DNA of 64,000 bases from Azolla caroliniana (lineage: Eukaryota > Plantae > Polypodiophyta), in the NCBI GenBank assembly GCA_043228905.1, contig JBHGNT010000003.1, positions 22,630,001 to 22,694,000 of the forward strand. The letters are read 5' to 3'. Under the pieces are notes generated by a model. It worked only from the letters and a program-made list of their open reading frames with translations. It had not been told where the DNA came from and searched no databases. Made by a program: the position numbers and the translations under genes. Below are positions 41,257-50,076 of the stretch, one piece after another (within the stretch, counting starts at the first letter, position 1; each line of letters begins with the position of its first letter).

Positions 41257-44200
41257 TTACTCTTCGCCTGCCGGCCCTTCCTCGGCCCCGGATCGGTCGT
41301 CGCTGCTGTCCAGGAGAATCGGGTCGGGTTCGTCGTCGTGCCGCTTCTTGAAAGCTTTGATCCTCTTCCCGGCCACGGGTATCGCTATTCTCGTACCGTC
41401 GAGCTCCGCCAGATGATACGTCCCGTTGTCGTTGGCGCTCTGTACCGTGTACGGCCCGAACCATCTCCGTGCGAACTTCCGCGTTGCTCGGTGCTGGTTG
41501 TCGAGGCTGCTGTCGTAGACGAGCACCCAGTCACCTTCGTCGATTTTCTTCGGTCGTACCCGGTGCGTTCGGTCGAACCGGGCTTTGTTCTTTGTCCTCG
41601 CCACCCGGAGCTTCTCCGTAGCCAGTGCCACGTCCTCCGGTCTCCGCTCGAGCTGTCGTATACGTGCGGCCAACAACTCCTCCCGGCTCATCTCGTCCCT
41701 CCAGTCGACCGTTGCCCACGAGGAGATCGTCCGTTCAATCGGCATGATCGGCTTCTGGCCAAACATGAGCTCCGTCGGCATGTACCCGGTTACCGAACTG
41801 TGCGTGGTCCGGTCTGCCCACAAAGCATAAGGTAGAAGTCGCGGCCAGTTACCGACTTGGCCTCCGCATGCCCGAACCAGCGCCTTGACGATCGGCCCGT
41901 GTCCGCGCTCCACCTTTCCATTCGCCTCCGGGTTGTACGCAGTGGTGAGCGAGAGTTTGACTCCCAGCCGATCGAACAGCTCCGCGGCTTCCTCGGCGTC
42001 CAACTCCCCTCGGTCAGCCACGATCTTCCCGACGCACCCGTACCGGCATATCACGTCCTCGATCAGGAACCGACACACGGCCGCGGTCGTCTTGTTCTGA
42101 AGGGCTCGGCCTTCCACCTGGTTCGTCAGGTCTTCCCGCGCTAGGACCAGATACCGCATCTGTCCTACCCCCATCGGCATCGTCACCAGATCTACCATCC
42201 ATTTGAAGTGGATAGTCGGAGGGTACGTAGGGTGAAGCCCGTCCCGGTGTCGGACTATCGAGTGCATCTGACAACTCTCGCAAGTTGACACGAACCGATG
42301 CACGTCCCGGTACAATCCCGGCCACCAGTACTTCCCCTTCAGCTTCTCAAACGTCGCCCACGTTCCACGGTGCCCAGCCCAAGGGCTGTCGTGGTAGGCC
42401 GCCAGTAGCTCCTCCTGTTCTTCCTTCATCGCCACCACCCGGAGCGGGACGCCGTTCCTCTTCTTCGGGTGCTTCCACAAATGCCCATCTCGGAGAAGGA
42501 ATCGATATGCTTTCTTCCGGATCCGGTTGGCCTCGTCCTTCGTCCATGACGCATCGGGCGTCATTGTCTTCAAAAACCCGCCGATCTGCAGCCACTCCCC
42601 GTCGTACTTGCTCGCGTCGAACTCGTTAAGCGCCGGAGTGCTCATCCCGTCGGTCGTTATGTATGCCGCCTCGAAGAAATCCACGCCGACTTCTTCGTCT
42701 TCCGAAACCATGCCGCCCTCGTCGTCGAACCTCGCCCTCGAAAGCATGTCGGCCATGGCGTTGTCTTTCCCGGAAATGTGTCGTATTTCCGGGTCCAGGG
42801 ACTTGATGTACGCTATCCACCTGAGCATCGCCAGGTCCGGAGTCGCGCATCCGGAAACCATACCGAGAATCGGCAGGCAATCCGTCTCGATGATCACTTC
42901 CGTCCCTATCAGGTAGTCTTTGTCGGCCTTAACCGCCGAAACAATACCCCAGAGTTCGCGTTTAACCTGGGCGTATCCTCGCTGCCGTTCACTGAGGACT
43001 TTCGCGCCGAATCGGATCGGAAACCGATTGCCGTCCTCGTCTTCCTGGTTCACGACCCATCCGATCCCGGTCGGACTGGTATCCACCGTTATGAATACCG
43101 GGGTACCCTTCCCGTATACCGCCTTCCGGAGTGCCGGTGCCGCTGCAAGGGCCTCTTTCAGCTTCCGGACCGATGCCGCGTGCTCGTCTAGCCATTCGAA
43201 CCTTCGCCCCTTTTTCAGCAACCCGTACAGTGGCTCCGCGACGTGTGCGTAATGCGGGATCCATATGTGGTAGAACGCGCATGCCCCCAGGAATCTCCGT
43301 ACTTCCGTGACCGAGCTGCAGTCGGGCTTCATCGCGGAGATGGCTTCTACCTTTGCCGGAGACGGTTTCCGGCCATATGGTCCGCACAGGTGTCCGACCA
43401 CCATGATTTCTGACTGCCCGAAGGCCGACTTCTCCCCGGAGAAGGTGAGTCTCGCATCCTCTAGCCTTTGCAGCACCTTCTCGCAGTCGTCGATGTGCGT
43501 CGCCACGAATCGCCGGCATCCGTCCGGCCCGATCGTCTCGTCCTTTTCTTCCACCGGGCATCCCTTGATCGGGATGTCGTCCAGAAACGGCATGGTGATG
43601 TCCGGGATACAGTCCCTCAGAACCTTGTTCATCGCATTCACCATGTGGGCCACCGAGTTGGTCCCTCCTTGCGGCAGTGTACACATCCGAACTAGGCCGA
43701 GGGGAGTTCGCATCGTCGTAATGTCTCTGCTCTCCACGGCTAGCTGGAACTGGTCGTACCCTGAGTATAGATCCCCGACCGAGTAAATTGACCTTCCGGC
43801 GAAGGCCTCCGCGAACTCGTCTATGGTCGGTCCGATCCCTGCGTTCCGAATGGTCACTCGATTGACCGGCTGCAGGTCCTGGATGAAGCGCAACGAACCG
43901 TTTTTCTTCGGTACGGTAAACCATCGATTCGAATATGGGGCGCTCGACGGCTCGAGAATTCCCATATCAACTTTCTGCCTCAGCAGCTCCATCAACTTCG
44001 GGATGTGAGCTCTCGGAACCGGGATTGGCTTGAGATTCCATGGTACATGCGGTACCGTGAATATCACCATCGGCTCCACGATCGTCGGGTCAACGCACCC
44101 GATTTCCTCCGGCGAGAATGCGAAGGCTTTCCCGCGCCTTCCGAGCATTCTCCGAAACCGGTCTTCCTCCGCCGGCAGTAGGAACCCGCTCCCACCGATT

Positions 44201-44754
44201 TTGAGCTCTCGGAGCGTCTCGTCGGTGAAGGTGTGCCCTATGCAGGCCGGATCTCGTAGACTAGGGTCCGATGCAACCCCTTTAATTCTCGACGCGCTGT
44301 CCTCCGGTAAGGGTGCCGCGACTGGCCTTACCTTCCGGTCCACAGTCTTGTGCTTGGTGCTTACGTGGGCCGTCCGAACTGACTCGAGCCCTCGACCGAA
44401 GTCCGCGATGACTTCGTACATCTCCTCGGAACACACCGGTATCGTCCGGTCTTCGTTAAGGCCTTCTTCGACTACCTTTCCCAGCATTCCCAAGGTGTCG
44501 TCGAATGAGACCGCCTCCACGGCTCCGTTGATTTCCTCGTCCGGGCCGAGAACTCCGCACGCTCGAAGTCTCCCCTCCGCCTTTGTCTTCTCTCGGCCGC
44601 CGATGCCGACTATCGTACACGCTCCGCTGTCGGAGAACAAAAATTCCCTACCTATGGTACAAGGTTTCTTCGGTTTTATCGTACAGGTGTGGGGTTTTCC
44701 CGGGGTGTCCGGACTGTCGCGGCCCCACGCCTTGGCAGCCCTCTCTAAAAATCC
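41257..44754 (-). CDS. pol: Pol (RT-RNase H-integrase), -1 frame relative to gag-pro
   Basis: RT 'LPQG...PFLDD', RNase H 'VDTS...ELWG...ETDC...ADMLSR', integrase HHCC and 'VDLV...ADRG...GKVERGH'. No chromodomain. The frame is open from the slippery site to the stop at 41257. Confidence 0.93.
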   Translation of the reverse strand, partial: GFLERAAKAWGRDSPDTPGKPHTCTIKPKKPCTIGREFLFSDSGACTIVGIGGREKTKAEGRLRACGVLGPDEEINGAVEAVSFDDTLGMLGKVVEEGLNEDRTIPVCSEEMYEVIADFGRGLESVRTAHVSTKHKTVDRKVRPVAAPLPEDSASRIKGVASDPSLRDPACIGHTFTDETLRELKIGGSGFLLPAEEDRFRRMLGRRGKAFAFSPEEIGCVDPTIVEPMVIFTVPHVPWNLKPIPVPRAHIPKLMELLRQKVDMGILEPSSAPYSNRWFTVPKKNGSLRFIQDLQPVNRVTIRNAGIGPTIDEFAEAFAGRSIYSVGDLYSGYDQFQLAVESRDITTMRTPLGLVRMCTLPQGGTNSVAHMVNAMNKVLRDCIPDITMPFLDDIPIKGCPVEEKDETIGPDGCRRFVATHIDDCEKVLQRLEDARLTFSGEKSAFGQSEIMVVGHLCGPYGRKPSPAKVEAISAMKPDCSSVTEVRRFLGACAFYHIWIPHYAHVAEPLYGLLKKGRRFEWLDEHAASVRKLKEALAAAPALRKAVYGKGTPVFITVDTSPTGIGWVVNQEDEDGNRFPIRFGAKVLSERQRGYAQVKRELWGIVSAVKADKDYLIGTEVIIETDCLPILGMVSGCATPDLAMLRWIAYIKSLDPEIRHISGKDNAMADMLSRARFDDEGGMVSEDEEVGVDFFEAAYITTDGMSTPALNEFDASKYDGEWLQIGGFLKTMTPDASWTKDEANRIRKKAYRFLLRDGHLWKHPKKRNGVPLRVVAMKEEQEELLAAYHDSPWAGHRGTWATFEKLKGKYWWPGLYRDVHRFVSTCESCQMHSIVRHRDGLHPTYPPTIHFKWMVDLVTMPMGVGQMRYLVLAREDLTNQVEGRALQNKTTAAVCRFLIEDVICRYGCVGKIVADRGELDAEEAAELFDRLGVKLSLTTAYNPEANGKVERGHGPIVKALVRACGGQVGNWPRLLPYALWADRTTHSSVTGYMPTELMFGQKPIMPIERTISSWATVDWRDEMSREELLAARIRQLERRPEDVALATEKLRVARTKNKARFDRTHRVRPKKIDEGDWVLVYDSSLDNQHRATRKFARRWFGPYTVQSANDNGTYHLAELDGTRIAIPVAGKRIKAFKKRHDDEPDPILLDSSDDRSGAEEGPAGEE

Positions 44755-46871
44755 TCTCGGTTATCGGAACCGAGGGAGTCGCGGTTACGCTCGTGGTTCG
44801 GCCTAACCGTCAAAAACTGGACCGAATGGCGCCCGTCCTGGCTCTTGACCCGCGCATAGGCCGAACCGTTGTCCAGCACCTTGGTCTCCATTCGAGCCGC
44901 CGTGATGTACGGTTCTCCCAGTATGACGGAGTGCGATGACGACTCCTGCACGAAGAAGTGCTGGTCTATCTCGACATCGCCGATCTTGACCCGTACATTC
45001 GGGCAGGCCCCGTGAAGTTCCTCGGTGGCGCGCGTCGCCGCCCTTATCTTCCACCCGTGCTTGGTGTTGATCGGCCATTTGCCCTTCTTATAGAAGTCCA
45101 TGGACATCAAATTGATCTCCGATCCGTGGTCCACCAAAGCTATCACCGGTTCCTGGACATCGCCGATCTTCACCGGGGTTTCCGTGGTCGCTCGGGCCCA
45201 GTGCGGTCTCGAATAGTGGCTTTCCGCCCACTCGTCTCCCAGCGCCATGTCGTCTAGGTGCGTCGTCCGCACTTCCACCGGTCTTTCCGGTTCTGTCTCC
45301 GTTGACAGCCTCTTCCGTTTCACCAAGTCCACGATGGAGTCGTGGAACTCCTTCTTGGCGATTCCCAGCACCTCCCGTAGCGACAGCTCCACCTTGCTGT
45401 CGAGGATCCGTTCCTCCAGGACCTTTCGTAAGTCCGTGGTTCTTCCTATCTCCGTCCCCAGACGGTACCCGCCCTTCTGGGGTTTATCTTGCGTACCGGC
45501 CCCGCCGGCTTCGTCCCGTCGTGGCCCGGACCGGGTCTCGTATCGTTGTGAGGGCCCGGTCGTCCCGGGTTTCCCCACCCGCTTCTCTTCTACCAGAGCC
45601 TCGTAGTTCCGGCAAGCGGCTTCCACGAAGCCCGTCTTTTCCTCGACCGGGTCGCTCCACCCGGTCATCTCCCGTACCCGTTTCTCCGCACGGTCCGATT
45701 CCTCCCTTTTAAGCCCTGCACCGGCAAGGCCTTCCAGCATCGTCGGCCAGAATCCGGCTTTGCTTTCCTTCCGGGCCTCGCCGCCCCCGACTCGAATACC
45801 GGCCGACGCCGAGTAGTGGACGGTTTCCGCATGTCGGGCCGCCGCCTCTTCCATCAACCTCTTCATTCCGCCTCGCCCGTCGTTTCGGTTTAGGGCCCTT
45901 CTCGTGTCGTTGGCGTGAACCCGGCCTTCCCATAGGTACACCACCCGGTTCCTCAGCGCCTCTGCGAAATCGCCGCAGTCTTTTCGGATGTGGCCGACCC
46001 CGTCGCACCACATGCACCTGTTCCCTGCCGCCGGCCGTCGGTCACGAGCAGGTCCTCCGCCTTCTCTGCGGGCTTGTGCGATTTGGAGGTCTTTTATCGC
46101 CCTCGTCAGTTCCTCCAACGCAGCTCCCCCAGTCGAGCCTCCGATCATGCCGGTCGGAGCCGAACCGGATTCCAGCCACTCCCGAGTCTCTTCCCTTCGC
46201 ACCGGCTGCGCCGGCTCGAGTTTCCTCGCCGCGACTGAGCCCGACCCGGTTGCTCTGTCATCCTCCCATTCTCGCCGTTTGTCGAAACGGCCGCAGGCTC
46301 TCTTGACCGCCGCCCAGTCGGCTGTCAGCCCATCTTCGGTTTCTAGCAGGGCGCCCACGTGACTCCGATCCCTCTCGTCAACCGATTTGACGAACAGCAG
46401 GACCCGGCTTGTATCCAGGACCATCCTGTCAAGCGCCGAAAGGCGCGCGAAGTTCTCCTCGAACTCCCGGAGGAGTGCCGACGCATTCCTTCCTTTCCCG
46501 GGAGACTCCACCCACTCCATAAAGCTTCGCTTCGAAAGCCGGAGCGCGTCGTCCAGTCCGTATTTTTCCAGGAGCCGACCTTCGAACTCCTCCCAGGTAC
46601 GGCTCTCCGCCCGCACCTCGAGCACCTCCGAGTGGATGCTCGGCATCGCCACTCGGGGAAAACCGGCAAGACGCCTGTCTTCCGGAATGTCCCGCATTAA
46701 CATTTCTGCACCGTAGGACGCCAGGTACTTCGTGGCATCTTTTCCGGTGAATCGACCGATCGTTCCGACGACCGCCTCAATAGCTCTATCGAGGGCGCCG
46801 GTGCCCTCGCGCGCGCTTACTATCCGATCCACGGCCGAAGCCATGGCCTCTGCAAGATCCGCCCCCTTCAT
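44745..46871 (-). CDS. gag: Gag-protease polyprotein
   Basis: First ATG at 46871; zinc knuckle CMWCDGVGHIRKDC; aspartic protease 'ALVDHGSEINLM...VILGEPY'; TAG at 44745-44747. Confidence 0.9.
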   Translation of the reverse strand: MKGADLAEAMASAVDRIVSAREGTGALDRAIEAVVGTIGRFTGKDATKYLASYGAEMLMRDIPEDRRLAGFPRVAMPSIHSEVLEVRAESRTWEEFEGRLLEKYGLDDALRLSKRSFMEWVESPGKGRNASALLREFEENFARLSALDRMVLDTSRVLLFVKSVDERDRSHVGALLETEDGLTADWAAVKRACGRFDKRREWEDDRATGSGSVAARKLEPAQPVRREETREWLESGSAPTGMIGGSTGGAALEELTRAIKDLQIAQARREGGGPARDRRPAAGNRCMWCDGVGHIRKDCGDFAEALRNRVVYLWEGRVHANDTRRALNRNDGRGGMKRLMEEAAARHAETVHYSASAGIRVGGGEARKESKAGFWPTMLEGLAGAGLKREESDRAEKRVREMTGWSDPVEEKTGFVEAACRNYEALVEEKRVGKPGTTGPSQRYETRSGPRRDEAGGAGTQDKPQKGGYRLGTEIGRTTDLRKVLEERILDSKVELSLREVLGIAKKEFHDSIVDLVKRKRLSTETEPERPVEVRTTHLDDMALGDEWAESHYSRPHWARATTETPVKIGDVQEPVIALVDHGSEINLMSMDFYKKGKWPINTKHGWKIRAATRATEELHGACPNVRVKIGDVEIDQHFFVQESSSHSVILGEPYITAARMETKVLDNGSAYARVKSQDGRHSVQFLTVRPNHERNRDSLGSDNREDF

Positions 46872-46893
46872 TTCCCACTCTTCTGCCGCCTCT

Positions 46894-46911
46894 TTCACGT
46901 CGGGTTCACCA
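46894..46911 (-). other. Primer-binding site complementary to the tRNA-Trp 3' end
   Basis: Plus strand TTCACGTCGGGTTCACCA matches the 3' 18 nt of plant cytosolic tRNA-Trp including CCA (sequence from memory), 3 nt from the LTR. Confidence 0.85.
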
Positions 46912-48020
46912 AGATGTCGGGGTTACTACGCCCTTGCGTGTAGAAAGGAGGAGGGACCACGGGGGTCTCGAACCGAAGAGCGAGAGAGAGAGAAGAAAGA
47001 GAGAGAGACCCGATTACACAGAACCGAAGATCCGATTGCGCAGAACCGACGATTGCACAGGGACGCGGCCCAACAAATAGAGATCACAAATGAACGCCGA
47101 CACAGATGGACGCAACAACGAGAGATAAGTACTTATGAATGCAAGAAAACAACAGACTAAAGTATTACAACCCACGGTGGGGCACAAAATAGATGCTAAC
47201 GAAAACGAACAGGGCGGCGAACAGCTGCCGACCCCTGTATGTCGCGACGCACAGAAGGGGAAAACAGGTCGGAGGTGCTGCAGGACGCACTCGGGCGTTC
47301 CACGGAACAGCGCAAGCCTCCTCGAAACCTGCACAGGTACGCGATGGAGCAGAAGACAGAGAGAGCAGGAGTGAGGGAGAAGCTCCGAAATCGGTTCGGC
47401 AGCACTTCGTCCTCTCCGCGGGAGATGCCCTTCTCCTATTCTCCCTCTTCCTTTTTATAGCCCGTCAAGCGGCCGTTTGGCATTAACTGCATACCAACCG
47501 AATCTGCCCACCTAGGATCCTCGTATGTACCTACTTCGTCCTTAGGTGCTTCTTGGCGCGCGTGTGTGTGTAGAGCCGTTTCCCACGCCTTGTTCCTCCG
47601 ATTCCTCTTGTGGGCGGTTTTCTTCACGACAACGTCTTCTATAAAAAATTAGCACACAAATGCGATCGTCTTGTTCTACAATGACCGACCCTCCACCTGG
47701 TTCGTCAGGTCCTCCCATGCAAGTACCAGGTATCACATTTGCCCTACCCCCATCAACATTGTCACTAAGTCTACCATCCAATTGAAGTGAATGGTTGACG
47801 TGTAGGTCGGGTGCAACTCGTCGCGGTGCTTGATTTCGAAATGCATTTGATAGCTTTCGCATGTTAGGAATCGACCAGCCACAACTAGTTGCATGTTTGT
47901 ATTCGGGTGCAAAAAACAAGAGAACTAGTACACATACAAAAAACGTGAAGACAAGAAAAATAAGTACAAAGAGAGACATCAGATGTTTAACGTGGAAACC
48001 ATAATTGGGAAAAACCATCG

Positions 48021-48385
48021 GCATGGGCACGCCCGAAATGCTCCCTCGTCACAAGACAACCGAATGTACAAGGAAGACACAAACACACGCACAAAATGCT
48101 CGTACACCTTTATGAGGAGGAGAGGTGTATGGGCACGCCCGAAACGCTCCCTCGTCACAAGACGACCGAATGTAAGGAAGACACAAGCACACACACAAAT
48201 GCTCGTACGTCTTTATGAGGAGGAGAGGTGCATGGGCACGCCCGAAACGCTCCCTCATCACAAGATGGCCGAACGTACAAGGAAGACACAAACACACGTA
48301 AGAATGCTCGTACGCCTTTATGAGGAGGAGAGGTGCATGGGCACGCCCGAAATGCTCCCTCGTCACAAGACGGCCGAATGTACAA
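48021..48385. repeat. ~105-bp tandem repeat (about 3.5 copies) inside an LTR-like insertion starting TGTTAG at 47862
   Basis: GGGCACGCCCGAAA(C/T)GCTCCCTC starts at 48025, 48131, 48234 and 48339. Confidence 0.9.
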
Positions 48386-50076
48386 GTGGACGAGAACAAA
48401 TAAAGAAATAAAGAAAGAAAGAAAATACGAATGATATTGGCTAAAGAAATAAATACGTGTTAAATTCCAGTGCAAGAGGGCCCTTTATAAAATAGGGCTT
48501 GATTACAATGTGGCAACTTCTAGTTATCCACAAGCTCAACAAAACATAAATACTAAATGCCCTTAGAGACAAGAGCAAATCCGAACACGGAGCACGAACA
48601 CGACGAAGATGAACACACGAGCACAACAAAAATGGCGACCCCAACGAAGCACGACCACCCGAACGACGAGCACACAGGCTTGCAACGACGAACGGGGTGA
48701 AGCAACGTCGAACCAACGAAGCTCAGGCTCACGAGCACCGTAAACGAGCACTTCGAGTGTCAACGCGAAGAAGACGGGATGAAGGGGTATGAGATGGCGA
48801 TGAGGGGATGAAGGGGTATGAGATGAAGAGAAGTGGTGAAGAAGAAGATGAAGACCTCCAAAGGAAAAATGGCGATAGTCTCCTCCTCCCAAAACGTCCT
48901 CCCCAAATGAGCCCCCCTCGACCTCCTTTTATGGGAAAAAAAGAAGGGGTCGCCAATTTTGTCTTCAATGCAAAAGGAATAAAATTCCTTTTACCGGATT
49001 TGAACCATGCACCTCTAGCTAGAAGTCAATGTGACTATCCACTAGTCAACTAACTTTCTCTTACGAAATATATAATTCTATCTCTACAAACTTATAGCCT
49101 ATCTCCCCTCTACTTTTTATCTCTCATCTCTCTTACTTTTTACACGAGCTTCTATACCTCGTTTCCACCCTTTCTTTTCCCTTCTCTTTTGCATGTGCAC
49201 ACACATTGCACATGCACATTTTGCCCCCCCCTTTCGCCAGTTTTTCCCACTCTCGAGCATGCCACATCACGACACTGTCCTGTAGGAAGAATTGGTAAGC
49301 CTTCTTCCGGATCCAACCCGCTTCCTCCTTTGTCCACGACGTGTCCAATGTCATAGTGCTCAGGAACTTACTGATTTGGAGCCACTCCCCGTCGTAGTTG
49401 TCCTCGTCGAACTCGTTCAGGGCTGGAATACTCCATTTGTTTGCCGACATCTGAGCCGACTTGAAAAAGTCCACGCCACCTTCTTCGTCATCCGACACCA
49501 TGTCGTCCTCGTTATCGAACCGTGCCCTCGAAAGCATATCGACCATGATGTTATCCTTTTCGGAGATGTGTCGTATCTCCAGATCCAGGGACTTGATGTA
49601 CGCGATCCACCTGAGCATCGCCAGGTCCAGATTTGTGCATCCGAAAACCATACCGACAATTGGTAGGAAGTCCGTCTTGATTACTACATTTGTCTTGATT
49701 AAGTAGACTGACTTTATCGACCGTAATTGCCAAAACGATACACCAAAGTTCGCATTCAACCTGGGCATATCCTCACTGCCACTCACTGAGCACCTTTTCA
49801 CCGAACTGGATGGGGAACCCCGTGCCGACCTCTTCCTCCTCATTGATCACCCATCCAATTCCGATCAGACTCGTGTCCACCATCACGTAAACCGGAGTGA
49901 CCGGCTTGTATACGACTTTCCGGAGAGCTGGTGTCACCATCAACATCTCCTTCAGTCTCCGGACCGCCTTTGTGTGCTCGTCGCCTCATTCAAATTTTCG
50001 TCCTTTCTTCAGCAAGCCATAGAGCGACTCGGGGATATGCACATAGTGCGGAATCCAAATGTTGTTCGAAGGGGCG

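Larger units (their letters stand above)
40468..47631 (-). mobile_element. Intact young Ty3/gypsy LTR retrotransposon (717-bp LTRs, tRNA-Trp PBS, 4-bp TSD)
   Basis: LTRs 46915-47631 and 40468-41184; one mismatch seen by eye (40631 C vs 47078 T). TSD ACGT at 40464-40467 and 47632-47635; PPT GGTGGGGGCGGA; two uninterrupted ORFs. Confidence 0.97.
39137..50065 (-). mobile_element. Older degenerate copy of the same gypsy family, interrupted by several insertions
   Basis: Segments 39137-40467, 47632-47861 and 49275-50065 translate to RNase H/integrase paralogous to 41257-44640 (MLRWIAYIKSLD, RLLPYALWADRTT, RRWFGPY). PPT and the TGTCA LTR start lie at 39168. Confidence 0.88.

Noticed and set aside
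41338-46716. Many 100-311 aa alternative-frame and antisense ORFs
   Set aside because: Expected shadows in GC-rich gag/pol; no recognisable domains.
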